Below, piece after piece: positions 1-8,899 of a DNA stretch of 38,100 bases. Position numbers and translations under genes: made by a program. The stretch is from the NCBI GenBank assembly GCA_964514785.1, contig CAZERR010000004.1:1-38100 (forward strand). Reading direction: 5' to 3'. The stretch comes from an uncultured Ruminococcus sp. GTDB taxonomy: Bacteria > Bacillota > Clostridia > Oscillospirales > Acutalibacteraceae. The notes below the pieces were generated by a model. The model saw only the letters and a list, made by a program, of their open reading frames with translations, was not told where the DNA came from and did no database searches. Within the stretch, counting starts at the first letter, position 1. Each line of letters begins with the position of its first letter.

Positions 1-168
1 TTCATCAGAAAGATTGTTATTCATGAGCGCGACAAAAAGCACAGCAAGACCGCCACGCAGAAAATAGATATATATTTCCGCTACATCGGACAGTTTGCTG
101 TGCCAAACGATTACAATAATACTTATAATGAAGAATATACAACTGAAAATGCAAAACGGACAGCCTGA
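1..168 (+). CDS. C-terminal fragment of a large serine recombinase (DUF4368/TnpX-like), truncated by the window edge
   Basis: Manual frame +1 translation gives FIRKIVIHERDKKHSKTATQKIDIYFRYIGQF...KRTA*. The 'FIxKIxVHE...QxIDIYxxxIG' pattern is typical of DUF4368 tails of Firmicutes recombinases. Not in the ORF track. Confidence 0.75.
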   Translation, partial: FIRKIVIHERDKKHSKTATQKIDIYFRYIGQFAVPNDYNNTYNEEYTTENAKRTA

Positions 169-234
169 ACTGTCCGTCATACATATGGGCACCGCCTCAC
201 GCTGAAACATCCTTATGAGTAACAGCGTAAAGGG
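1..234 (+). mobile_element. Probable right end of an integrative/mobilizable element
   Basis: The recombinase tail is followed by a hairpin over its stop (ACGGACAG-cctgaa-CTGTCCGT), a short IR (ACGCTG 199-204 / CAGCGT 223-228) and an orphan half-terminator GGGAGCTTTTTTTT. The exact boundary is inferred. Confidence 0.45.
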
Positions 235-284
235 AGCTTTTTTTTAACTGTTTAGTTGTACACGCTGTTTGTATATATTAATAT

Positions 285-330
285 GGTCGGGAAAATAACT
301 TTGATATAATATCAAGCTATCTTCTCGACC
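285..330 (-). terminator. Imperfect long hairpin downstream of tcdA
   Basis: GGTCGGGA...TTGATAT / ATATCAA...TCTCGACC arms lie immediately 3' of the tcdA stop. Confidence 0.4.
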
Positions 331-337
331 GTAACTG

Positions 338-1054
338 TTAACTGTTAATTGTTAATTCTTTAATTATTTCCCCCGCGATTATAAGCCCGGCAACGGATGG
401 GGTAAAGGCGGTGCTCCCGGGAGTCTGACGGCGTTTTGAGCCGTCGTTTTCTTTGCACGGCAGGGGAGTGAGCGGCGGCTCCTTTGAGTAAACTACCTTT
501 AATTTCTTGATACCGCGTTTTTTAAGCTCAGAGCGCATTACCCTCGCTAAAGGACAAACTGAGGTTTTATAAATATCCTCAACCTCGAACATCGCGGGGT
601 TAAGCTTATTCCCGGCTCCCATCGAGGAGATTATCGGAACGCCTGCTTTATCCGCGTTTATAACGAGCTCTATTTTGCCCGCTACGGTATCGATCGCGTC
701 AACTATATAATCGTACTGTTTAAAGTCAAAAAGCGCTGAGGTCTCAGGTGTGTAGAAAACAGCGTGCTTATTAACTTTAAGCTCGGGATTGATGTCAAGA
801 AACCGCTTTTCGGCGGCGTCGACCTTAAGCATACCTATTGTGCTGTGAAGCGCTATGATCTGGCGGTTGAGGTTGCTTTCGGCTACAGTATCGCTGTCGA
901 TAATATCGATTGCGCCGATACCGCTTCTAACCAGTGCCTCGGCGGTAAAGCCGCCTACTCCGCCAATCCCGAAAACCGCCACGCGCGAGTTTTTAAGCCT
1001 TTCGATACCGCTGCTGCCGAGTAAAAGCTCGGTGCGTTCAAATATACTGCTCAT
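338..1054 (-). CDS. tcdA: tRNA threonylcarbamoyladenosine dehydratase (ThiF family)
   Basis: Motifs FERTELLLG, GIGGVG, SNLNRQ, DAID, SSMGAGNK, TSVCPLAR, VVYSKE; 238 aa. Confidence 0.9.
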   Translation of the reverse strand: MSSIFERTELLLGSSGIERLKNSRVAVFGIGGVGGFTAEALVRSGIGAIDIIDSDTVAESNLNRQIIALHSTIGMLKVDAAEKRFLDINPELKVNKHAVFYTPETSALFDFKQYDYIVDAIDTVAGKIELVINADKAGVPIISSMGAGNKLNPAMFEVEDIYKTSVCPLARVMRSELKKRGIKKLKVVYSKEPPLTPLPCKENDGSKRRQTPGSTAFTPSVAGLIIAGEIIKELTINS

Positions 1055-1104
1055 TTTATCACGTCCTTACCGTAATTATAACGCCATATGCTTAAAAATA
1101 CAAG

Positions 1105-1133
1105 TTGACATCTTGATATATAAGTGATAATAT
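1105..1133 (+). promoter_or_regulatory. SigA-type promoter
   Basis: TTGACA-17 bp-TAATAT with an extended TG, about 30 bp upstream of ATG 1165. Confidence 0.55.
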
Positions 1134-1164
1134 TTGCTTAGATTACTAAAACGGAAGTGGTTAT

Positions 1165-2004
1165 ATGAAATGTACTGAATGCGGTTATGTATATGTCGGC
1201 AATTTTTGTCCGCGCTGCGGTGCAAAAGCGGATAAAAAATGCGCTCCGAAGGAGTACGGCGCGCCTGTGAACATTATGAATCATCAGACTGAGAAAAAGC
1301 CTGATTATAATTCATATTATCAACCTGAAGAAAATAAAAAAACCGAGGTCAAGCCCGAGCCTAAGCCTGCCCGGTATAACAATAACGCTCAGGCGGTTCC
1401 GCCCCGGGATTTCTACTATCCTCCGAAGCCTGTGTATCCTCCGGCTTACGCTGTGCCTCAGCCTCCAAAAAAGGAAATGTCTACGGGTAAGATTGTAGCT
1501 TTAGTGCTTTCGATTACACTCGGAGCTGCGCTGTTATTGTCTGCGCTGCCTTTCGGGATTATGATTGGTTTTATGGGCGCCGAGCAAGCGGGAGAGAACA
1601 GTATCAGACATGCGGATAAAGCGAAGCCTGCCTATAAAACTACCGCTAAGGTTAAGCAGGGTGATTTTGAGTATTCAATTGACAGAATTGAATATAAAAA
1701 CAGCTATAAGGATAAAAAGGCTAAAAAGGGATATCATTTTTTAAACGCCTATATTAAGATTAAAAATGTTTCCGATGAGCGTGAGTATGTAAATGCCGAG
1801 ATAACCTGCTACGCAGATGAGCTTTTGATTGAGGAGAAGAATCTGCCCGATACTTACCGCACTCTTGAAAGCGGTAAGGCTATGATTGTAAGATATGTCT
1901 ATGAAGTGCCGAAAGAAACCGGCGAGCTGGTACTCGACTTTTCCGTATCTGATGACTTTATAGTTGACAGATACTTTAAGTTTGAGATTGAAAATAAGAA
2001 ATAA
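1165..2004 (+). CDS. Zinc-ribbon, Pro-rich, single-TM membrane protein with DUF4352-like extracellular domain
   Basis: N-terminal CxxC...CPRCG, Pro/Tyr-rich linker, one hydrophobic helix, and a C-terminal beta-rich domain (IKIKNVSD, YEVP). Confidence 0.65.
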   Translation: MKCTECGYVYVGNFCPRCGAKADKKCAPKEYGAPVNIMNHQTEKKPDYNSYYQPEENKKTEVKPEPKPARYNNNAQAVPPRDFYYPPKPVYPPAYAVPQPPKKEMSTGKIVALVLSITLGAALLLSALPFGIMIGFMGAEQAGENSIRHADKAKPAYKTTAKVKQGDFEYSIDRIEYKNSYKDKKAKKGYHFLNAYIKIKNVSDEREYVNAEITCYADELLIEEKNLPDTYRTLESGKAMIVRYVYEVPKETGELVLDFSVSDDFIVDRYFKFEIENKK

Positions 2005-2009
2005 AAAAT

Positions 2010-2037
2010 CGGGAGACGTCAATCATGACGTCTCCCG
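2010..2037. terminator. Bidirectional terminator-like hairpin
   Basis: Perfect 12-bp stem CGGGAGACGTCA-atca-TGACGTCTCCCG between convergent genes, with an A-run on the left. Confidence 0.8.
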
Positions 2038-2051
2038 TTGTTATATCTGTA

Positions 2052-3260
2052 TTACTGCTCAAAGAACTTTTCGTGGATAGCTGTAACAGCTCTGTCCGCG
2101 TCTTTTTTATTTATGAGTACGCTTACCTTGATTTCGGAAGTCGCAATCATCTGAATATTGATCTGAGCATCATAAAGCGCCTCAAACATCTTTGTGGCAA
2201 CGCCGGCGTGGCTCTCCATTCCTGCGCCTACGATCGAAATCTTAGCGACCTCTGTGCTGATAATCGTTTCCTTGGCGCCGATAGCGTCTGCATACTCGTT
2301 AACGAGCTTCTCAGCGTCCTCGGCACGATCCTTCGGAATCGTAAAGGAGATATCCTTCTTGCCGTTATGACCGATAGACTGGAGAATGATATCTACGTTG
2401 ATATTCTTCGAAGCGAGCTTCGAGAAGATTTTAAACGCAAAGCCCGGCTGGTCGGGAACGCCTACGATTGAAATTCTTGCGATATCGGTGTCCTTAGCAA
2501 CACCGCTGATTAACATTTTCTCCATTTTACCTGTCTCCTTTACTATTGTACCCGGTGCCTTTACCAAGCTTGAAAGAACCTCGAGTTCGATATTGTATTT
2601 TTTAGCCATTTCTACGCTTCTGTTGTTGAGGACCTGTGCTCCGAGCGTTGCGAGCTCGAGCATTTCGTCATAGGAAATAGCCTTTAACTTCTTAGCGTTT
2701 TTAACGAGTCTCGGGTCGGCTGTGTATACGCCCTCAACGTCGGTATAAATCTGACATAAGTCGGCATGCATAGCCGCCGCGATTGCTACGGCTGATGTAT
2801 CCGAGCCGCCGCGTCCGAGGGTTGTGATATCGTCGTAACGCGATAATCCCTGGAAGCCTGCTACGATAACAATGCATTTCTTATCGAGCTCCTTGCGGAT
2901 ACGGTTGGGGATAACTCTCTTGATACGCGCCGTTGTGTGGGCTGAGCTTGTCTGGAAGCCTGCCTGCCAGCCTAAGAGCGATACTACAGGATATCCGAGC
3001 TTTTCAATCGCCATAGCAAGCAGCGCGATACTTATCTGTTCGCCTGCTGATACGAGCATATCGCGCTCTCTTTTTGAGGCGTTGGGGTTGATCTCGTTGC
3101 CCTTGGCGATAAGGTCGTCGGTTGTATCGCCCTGGGCGGAAACAACAACAACGACGTCATTGCCTTTGTTGTAGGTGTCCGTAACGATACCGGCAACGTT
3201 AAAAATGCGCTCGGCGTTCGCCACGGAAGTACCTCCGAATTTCTGTACAATTAAACTCAT
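2052..3260 (-). CDS. lysC: Aspartate kinase (LysC/AKII type, two ACT domains)
   Basis: Motifs VQKFGGTSV, VVVVSA, TTLGRGGSDTSAV, YTDVEGVYTADP, IATSEIKVS. Confidence 0.93.
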   Translation of the reverse strand: MSLIVQKFGGTSVANAERIFNVAGIVTDTYNKGNDVVVVVSAQGDTTDDLIAKGNEINPNASKRERDMLVSAGEQISIALLAMAIEKLGYPVVSLLGWQAGFQTSSAHTTARIKRVIPNRIRKELDKKCIVIVAGFQGLSRYDDITTLGRGGSDTSAVAIAAAMHADLCQIYTDVEGVYTADPRLVKNAKKLKAISYDEMLELATLGAQVLNNRSVEMAKKYNIELEVLSSLVKAPGTIVKETGKMEKMLISGVAKDTDIARISIVGVPDQPGFAFKIFSKLASKNINVDIILQSIGHNGKKDISFTIPKDRAEDAEKLVNEYADAIGAKETIISTEVAKISIVGAGMESHAGVATKMFEALYDAQINIQMIATSEIKVSVLINKKDADRAVTAIHEKFFEQ

Positions 3261-3300
3261 TTTTTTACTCCTTATATAAAATTACCTTTTATAAACAATA

Positions 3301-4524
3301 TTATAAATCGCTGATTCTGATTTTTGAGAGGATCTTAACGCCCTTTATCTTGAGTTTATCAATATTGCTTTCGATTTCGGCTACAGTCATAAGGTCTGTA
3401 GCTACAGCGAGCTGGTCGTCGCTTTCGATAACGTATACGTTGCCGAATACCTCGTTAACTGCGTCGAGCGACTCGGGGTTTTCGATCCTGAGATACATTC
3501 TTGTTCTTGATTCATTATATGGCAGAACGCTCTCGTTGTTGCTGTCCGCCCAGAAAATATATTTTCTTTCGTTTAAGTGCATACAGCTGTCGATAATATC
3601 TGCTACGACAGCAGAGGCAGTCGGCAGAGAGCCTGCGCCCTTACCATAGAAAAGAACGTCGTCGGTGCAGTCGCCGCGAACCATGATACCGTTGAACTCA
3701 TCGCTGATGTTGGCAAGCTGGCTCTTTTCTCTTACGAGCATCGGAGCTACGAAGATATCAATTCTACCGTCCTCAAGCTTCTTAACGTCGCCGATAAGCT
3801 TAATAACGCTCTTGTACATTGAAGCGTACTTTACGTCCTTAAGGCTGATTTTTGTAATACCCTCGGTATGGATGTTATCGGGGTAGATGTGCTTTCCGTA
3901 AGCGAGCGACGCAAGTATACAAATCTTTCTGCACGCGTCATGACCTTCAACGTCAGCCGCGGGATTGCGCTCGGCAAAGCCTAAATCCTGAGCGAGCTTC
4001 AGCGCCGCGTCAAAATCCATACCCTCGTCGATCATCTTGGAGAGGATAAAGTTTGTGGTACCGTTTAAGATACCTGCGATTTCCTTAACATTATTCGCAA
4101 CGAGACACTGTACGAGGGGGCGGAGTATCGGAATACCGCCGCCTACCGAAGCCTCGAAGAAGAAGTTTGCGTTGTTGTTTTCAGCTATCTCTATAAGTTC
4201 AGCTCCCTTAGCGGCAACGAGCTCCTTGTTTGAGGTAACTACGCTTTTACCGGCCTTTAAAAGCTCTTTTGTGTACTCGTAAGCGGGGTGCTGTCCTCCC
4301 ATAACCTCAGCTACAACCCTGATTTCGGCATCGTTTAAAATGTCATTAAAATCCTTTGTGAAGCGGTCGGCGAGTGGAGAGTCGGGAAATTCGCGTAAAT
4401 CGAGGATTTTCTTGATCATGATTTCTTCGCCTAAGCTGGCGAAAAGCTTCTTTTTGTGAGTTGTGATAATCTTAGCGACTCCGGAGCCTACAACTCCGTG
4501 TCCCATAATTGCAACCTGTACCAT
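3301..4524 (-). CDS. hom: Homoserine dehydrogenase
   Basis: Motifs GHGVVGSG, VVTSNK, FEASVGGGIP, GILNGTTNFIL, GKGAGSLPTASAV. Confidence 0.93.
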   Translation of the reverse strand: MVQVAIMGHGVVGSGVAKIITTHKKKLFASLGEEIMIKKILDLREFPDSPLADRFTKDFNDILNDAEIRVVAEVMGGQHPAYEYTKELLKAGKSVVTSNKELVAAKGAELIEIAENNNANFFFEASVGGGIPILRPLVQCLVANNVKEIAGILNGTTNFILSKMIDEGMDFDAALKLAQDLGFAERNPAADVEGHDACRKICILASLAYGKHIYPDNIHTEGITKISLKDVKYASMYKSVIKLIGDVKKLEDGRIDIFVAPMLVREKSQLANISDEFNGIMVRGDCTDDVLFYGKGAGSLPTASAVVADIIDSCMHLNERKYIFWADSNNESVLPYNESRTRMYLRIENPESLDAVNEVFGNVYVIESDDQLAVATDLMTVAEIESNIDKLKIKGVKILSKIRISDL

Positions 4525-4595
4525 TTTATAAATCCCTCCGGAATAATTTTCTTTATTGTTTAGAGCGTTACCCTTTGTAAAAATGCCCTAAAGCC

Positions 4596-6995
4596 TCAGC
4601 GCGGCGCGTTGTCGTTTCCGACATCCCAGTCGTCGTCTCCGCCGGCGTTGTCATTATTGCTGTTAGCGCTCGAGCTGTTGTTTGCACTGCTTACGCTGCT
4701 CTGACGGCTTGCGCTCGAGGAATTGCCTGAGGAGTTTCCTGATGAATTGCTTCCGGCGTTATCATCCTCATCTTCATCATCGTCGTCATTATCCTCGTCG
4801 GCAGAGTAGTCGTCATCATCATCGTCATCGTCATCGTCGTAATCGTAGTAGCCGTCGGCGTAATAGTCAACGTAATCCGAACCGCTCTTAGGCAGGTTCT
4901 TCTCGGTGTAATATCCGGTGTAACGGCTTTCGTAGGCGTTGCCTACGTTATATACGCTGCCGTTTGAGGAGTTGAAGTTCGCCTCAACGATCGTAGCTGG
5001 CTTTTTGAACTCTTTATGCTTTTTGTTGCTGAGGTAATGGCTCATAACGTCCTTGAACAAGGTTGTAGCATTTCGCTGACCTGTTACCGATATCGTTCTC
5101 GGCGTATCGAAGCCTGTCCATACCGCAAGCGCAGCGTAGGGGCTGAGTCCGCAGAACCATGAGTCCTTATCCGAGTCGGTGGTACCTGTCTTACCGATGA
5201 TATCCCATCCGTCGATCCTTGCGTACGCCGCATTTGTGTGGGCGCAGTACGTCAGGTTGTAATGGAGCAGACGGTTCATAATGTAAGCGGTTTCGGGGGA
5301 GTAAGAGGTTTTCGGGATCATATCGCGGTTGTCGATAATGATATTGCCCTCGGAATCGGTTACATAGTAGTAGGTGTAAGGTTTATAATACTTGCCGCCG
5401 TTGCCCATATATGTGAAGGTTGCCGCCATTTCGCGTACCGTAACGCCGCCTGTAAGACCTCCGATGGAGAGTCCGCCGGTGTTGACCTTGTCCTTCTCGT
5501 TAAGGTGAGAGAAGCCCTGAAGCGTTACTACCTGATTGTACGCCGCCTGCGGTGTAATCATATTCATAACCTGAGCCGCCGTGGCGTTAGCCGACCATTC
5601 GATTGCGTCGGGAAGGAGCATTTTGCCCTTGTAGCTTCGGTACCAGTTATTCGGTCCGGCTACATACTGTCCGTTTACGACCTTATATTTCTCCAGCGGT
5701 TCATCCTTAACTACCGAACTGAAGTTGAGCTTTCCCTTTTCGATCGCGTAGGAGTAAACGACTACCGGTTTGATTGAGGAACCTGGCTGGAGCACGGACT
5801 GAGTTGCCCGGTCAAATACGAGGTTCTTTGTTTTCTCCTGCGACGAGCCGGTTGACGCGATTACCGCGCCGTCCATTCCTATTAATGAGGCAGCGCACTG
5901 CATTCCCGAGTCGTAGGATGTATTTATATTTCTTGCCGCTTTTTCGAGATAGGACTGAGCGCCCTTATCCATCGCCGAGTAAATTTTAAGTCCCTCGGTA
6001 AAGATTTTATTCGAGGCGGCTTTTTCGCTTATGTTGTAGTAGGTGGCGAGGTCAGCCTGAAGATCGCGCTGAAGCTCGTCCATATACCAGTTCTGTATTC
6101 GGTTTCCGATATGCTTTTTGTTGCTCTTTTTAAAGCCGACAAATTTCATCTTCGACGATTCTTCAAGGGAATCCTTGAACTGCTGCTTGGTTATGATACC
6201 CTGATCGTACATTTCCGAGAGCACAAGGTCGCGCCGCTGGCGGTTGTTGTCGGGGTGATAGAGCGGATTATACTTACTCGGGTTCTGAGTTATTCCGGCG
6301 ATAGCCGCACATTCGGCGAGCGAGCATTTCTGGATATTTTTTCCGAAATAAAGGTTCGCCGCCGCCTGAACTCCCTGACAGTTGTTTCCGTAGTTTACGA
6401 CGTTTAAGTACGCCTCGAGTATCTCGTCTTTGGTGTACTCGGTTTCGAGCTTGAGCGCCTTAACAATTTCGCGTATCTTACGGTTCAGTGAAACCTCGTT
6501 ATCGTCCGAGATGTTTTTAATTAGCTGCTGAGTGAGGGTGGAGCCGCCGTAGCTGGAGCTTCCGCTGGTGAGGTGGAGAACAGCTCCGAGGGTACGGTTC
6601 AAATCGACGCCGTGGTGGTCGAAAAAGCGCTTGTCCTCAATAGCGATCTGAGCCTGCTTCATTTCCTCGGGAATGTCGTTGAAGTTGACCCACACGCGGT
6701 TTTCGGAGGAGTAGAGGGATTTATACTTCTTAAACTTACCCTTCTTATTCTTAACGTAAATAAAGCTGGTCTGGTTAATAGATTTAGCTCTCAGGTTAAT
6801 GCCCGTAGGCTCCGCGGCTATACCTGCAACGTAGATCGAAAGCGATATTCCGACTATACCTCCCGCGAAAACCAATACCATAAACAGAGTGAACAGAGTT
6901 CGTCCTAACGCCTTAAAAAGGCGTTTCGCTCCGTGATCAGGCAAAAAGCTTTCGCTTTCCTTTTCGGAAAACTTACTTATATCTGTTTCACGCAT
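4596..6995 (-). CDS. Class A penicillin-binding protein (transglycosylase/transpeptidase) with acidic low-complexity tail
   Basis: N-terminal TM helix; TG motifs EDKRFFDH, GGSTLTQQLIKN and RKIRE; TP motifs SSIK, SAN and KTG. Confidence 0.92.
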   Translation of the reverse strand: MRETDISKFSEKESESFLPDHGAKRLFKALGRTLFTLFMVLVFAGGIVGISLSIYVAGIAAEPTGINLRAKSINQTSFIYVKNKKGKFKKYKSLYSSENRVWVNFNDIPEEMKQAQIAIEDKRFFDHHGVDLNRTLGAVLHLTSGSSSYGGSTLTQQLIKNISDDNEVSLNRKIREIVKALKLETEYTKDEILEAYLNVVNYGNNCQGVQAAANLYFGKNIQKCSLAECAAIAGITQNPSKYNPLYHPDNNRQRRDLVLSEMYDQGIITKQQFKDSLEESSKMKFVGFKKSNKKHIGNRIQNWYMDELQRDLQADLATYYNISEKAASNKIFTEGLKIYSAMDKGAQSYLEKAARNINTSYDSGMQCAASLIGMDGAVIASTGSSQEKTKNLVFDRATQSVLQPGSSIKPVVVYSYAIEKGKLNFSSVVKDEPLEKYKVVNGQYVAGPNNWYRSYKGKMLLPDAIEWSANATAAQVMNMITPQAAYNQVVTLQGFSHLNEKDKVNTGGLSIGGLTGGVTVREMAATFTYMGNGGKYYKPYTYYYVTDSEGNIIIDNRDMIPKTSYSPETAYIMNRLLHYNLTYCAHTNAAYARIDGWDIIGKTGTTDSDKDSWFCGLSPYAALAVWTGFDTPRTISVTGQRNATTLFKDVMSHYLSNKKHKEFKKPATIVEANFNSSNGSVYNVGNAYESRYTGYYTEKNLPKSGSDYVDYYADGYYDYDDDDDDDDDDYSADEDNDDDDEDEDDNAGSNSSGNSSGNSSSASRQSSVSSANNSSSANSNNDNAGGDDDWDVGNDNAPR

Positions 6996-7238
6996 AGGAA
7001 TTCTCCTTATAATTCAAAACTTAACTGTTAAAAAGAAGTCTTATTTCAGGTAAGAAAGCAATTTTATGCAAACTTACAAACTATTCCAAAGCATTATAAC
7101 ATATTTTAAAGAAAAAATAAACCTTTTAGCGACAATTTCTTTTCCTTATATATAGATTTTTTCGGTTTAATATATATAAATTGTATGTATATTACCGATA
7201 TGAGCGCAAAAAATAAGGATAAAAGGGAAGTGAAAACT

Positions 7239-7577
7239 ATGAAAAGACTTATTATTATTACCGCGGCTGCCGTATATTCGCTTTTTGCAATCGCCGTGCT
7301 CGCCGATTATAATCATAAAGAAAACCCGGTTACGGTTTCGATTAATGAAACGCTTTTTTCTCAGCCGTCCGTAAATCCCGAACCGCGTGAGCTTTATGTT
7401 ATAAAGGATGCCGGCGGAAGGGTCGCCGTAGCCGACGCGGCTACCGGTGCGGTACTGAAAAAGACGGATACTCTCGTTTCGATTTTGCCCGAAAAAGACC
7501 GAAAACGACTGAAAAAAGGGATCAGGGTAGATAGTAAAAACGAGCTGAGGATATTGCTCGAGGATTTTTGCAGTTGA
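7239..7577 (+). CDS. BofC C-terminal-domain-like protein (sporulation associated)
   Basis: N-terminal TM and C-terminal YVIKD.GGRVAV...LPEKDRKRLKKGIRV.S..EL..LLEDFCS, resembling BofC_C. Start moved to the ATG after GGGAAGTG. Confidence 0.65.
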   Translation: MKRLIIITAAAVYSLFAIAVLADYNHKENPVTVSINETLFSQPSVNPEPRELYVIKDAGGRVAVADAATGAVLKKTDTLVSILPEKDRKRLKKGIRVDSKNELRILLEDFCS

Positions 7578-7688
7578 TCGATTATCGGAAGCCGCAGGTT
7601 CCTTAAAATGTAAAACCTAATTTTTAGGCAAACAACACCTTTTGTGTAACAAGAAATCGCGCTTTGCGCGCATTTCGGATAGTCATCG

Positions 7689-7725
7689 CTCGTTTCTGCA
7701 CAGCAGAAAACTGAGCGGACAACAT
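7689..7725. repeat. REP-like extragenic palindrome, copy A
   Basis: 29 of 37 nt identical to 26851-26887; hairpin TTTCTGC-ACA-GCAGAAA. Confidence 0.75.
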
Positions 7726-7844
7726 AAACTGTTTTCTATTTGGTATGAGTTACCTGTTTATCAAGACAAAAAATGCTACAAAGATAATATAGATTGTATT
7801 ATATTGTTTGTTGTGGTTTCCTTCTATCAAATAAAAAATAATCA

Positions 7845-7873
7845 TTGACTATTTCCTTCACATATAGTAAAAT
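7845..7873 (+). promoter_or_regulatory. SigA-type promoter of the fab/acc operon
   Basis: TTGACT-17 bp-TAAAAT. Confidence 0.6.
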
Positions 7874-7948
7874 AATTTAGAATGAGTTAATATGAGAAAT
7901 TATACTGTTTTGTGATAAAAACAGCATTTACGCAAAGGGTGATACATA

Positions 7949-8899
7949 ATGATTTCAACCGTAATCAACGAAAAACTAGGGATAAAATATCCTATCTTTC
8001 AGGGTGGAATGGCTTGGGTTGCCGACGCGTCCCTTGCTGCCGGAGTAAGCAACGCGGGCGGTCTCGGACTAATAGCCGCGATGAACTCGAACGGTGAGCA
8101 GCTGCGCGCCGAAATCAAAAAATGCAAGGAGCTTACCGATAAGCCCTTCGGCGTTAACATTATGCTTATGAGTCCGTTCGCCGACGAGGTTGCCGACGTC
8201 GTTGTCGAGGAGGGTATCAAGGTCGTTACTACCGGCGCAGGAAACCCCGGAAAATATATGGATAAATGGATCGAAGCCGGTATCAAGGTCATCCCCGTTG
8301 TACCGTCTACGGCTCTCGCGAGAAGAATGGAGAAGCTCGGAGCTTTTGCGGTCATCGCCGAGGGAGGCGAGAGCGGCGGTCATGTCGGTGACTTAACTAC
8401 AATGGCGCTTGTGCCTCAGGTAGTTGACGCCGTAAATATTCCGGTTATTGCTGCCGGAGGTATTGCCGACGGACGTCAGGTTGCCGCGTGCTTTATGCTC
8501 GGCGCTGTCGGGATTCAGGTCGGCACACGTTTCCTCGTCGCCGAGGAGTGTACGATCGCGCAGGAGTATAAAAACAAAATCTTAAAGGCTAAGGATATAG
8601 ATACCGTAGTTACAGGCAAGCGTCTCGGTCATCCCGTGCGCTGTATCAAGAGCAGCTACACACGCGAGTATACAAAAATGGAGTATGATTCAACATCTTA
8701 TTCCGACGAGGAGCTTGAGGCTAAGGGCGCCGGCGTTCTGCGCTTAGCTGCCCGCGAGGGAGATGTTAAAAACGGCTGCGTTCTCGCAGGTCAGGTAGCT
8801 TCAATGGTCAACAAGGAAGAACCTGCAAAGGATATTATAGAGGACCTTTTCACTAAGGCGGAAGAAGTTTTAGGCGGTGCCGCAAAATGGGTAAAATAG
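7949..8899 (+). CDS. fabK: Enoyl-ACP reductase II
   Basis: Motifs YPIFQGGMAWVA, VVTTGAGNP, EGGESGGHVG, IAAGGIADG; first gene of the fab cluster. Confidence 0.93.
   Translation: MISTVINEKLGIKYPIFQGGMAWVADASLAAGVSNAGGLGLIAAMNSNGEQLRAEIKKCKELTDKPFGVNIMLMSPFADEVADVVVEEGIKVVTTGAGNPGKYMDKWIEAGIKVIPVVPSTALARRMEKLGAFAVIAEGGESGGHVGDLTTMALVPQVVDAVNIPVIAAGGIADGRQVAACFMLGAVGIQVGTRFLVAEECTIAQEYKNKILKAKDIDTVVTGKRLGHPVRCIKSSYTREYTKMEYDSTSYSDEELEAKGAGVLRLAAREGDVKNGCVLAGQVASMVNKEEPAKDIIEDLFTKAEEVLGGAAKWVK

Noticed and set aside
3261-3300. Riboswitch or T-box upstream of lysC or hom
   Set aside because: The intergenic gaps (40 bp and 71 bp) are too short and lack consensus motifs.
7642-7848. 68-aa ORF
   Set aside because: TTG start without RBS; runs through the palindromic repeat and AT-rich promoter DNA.
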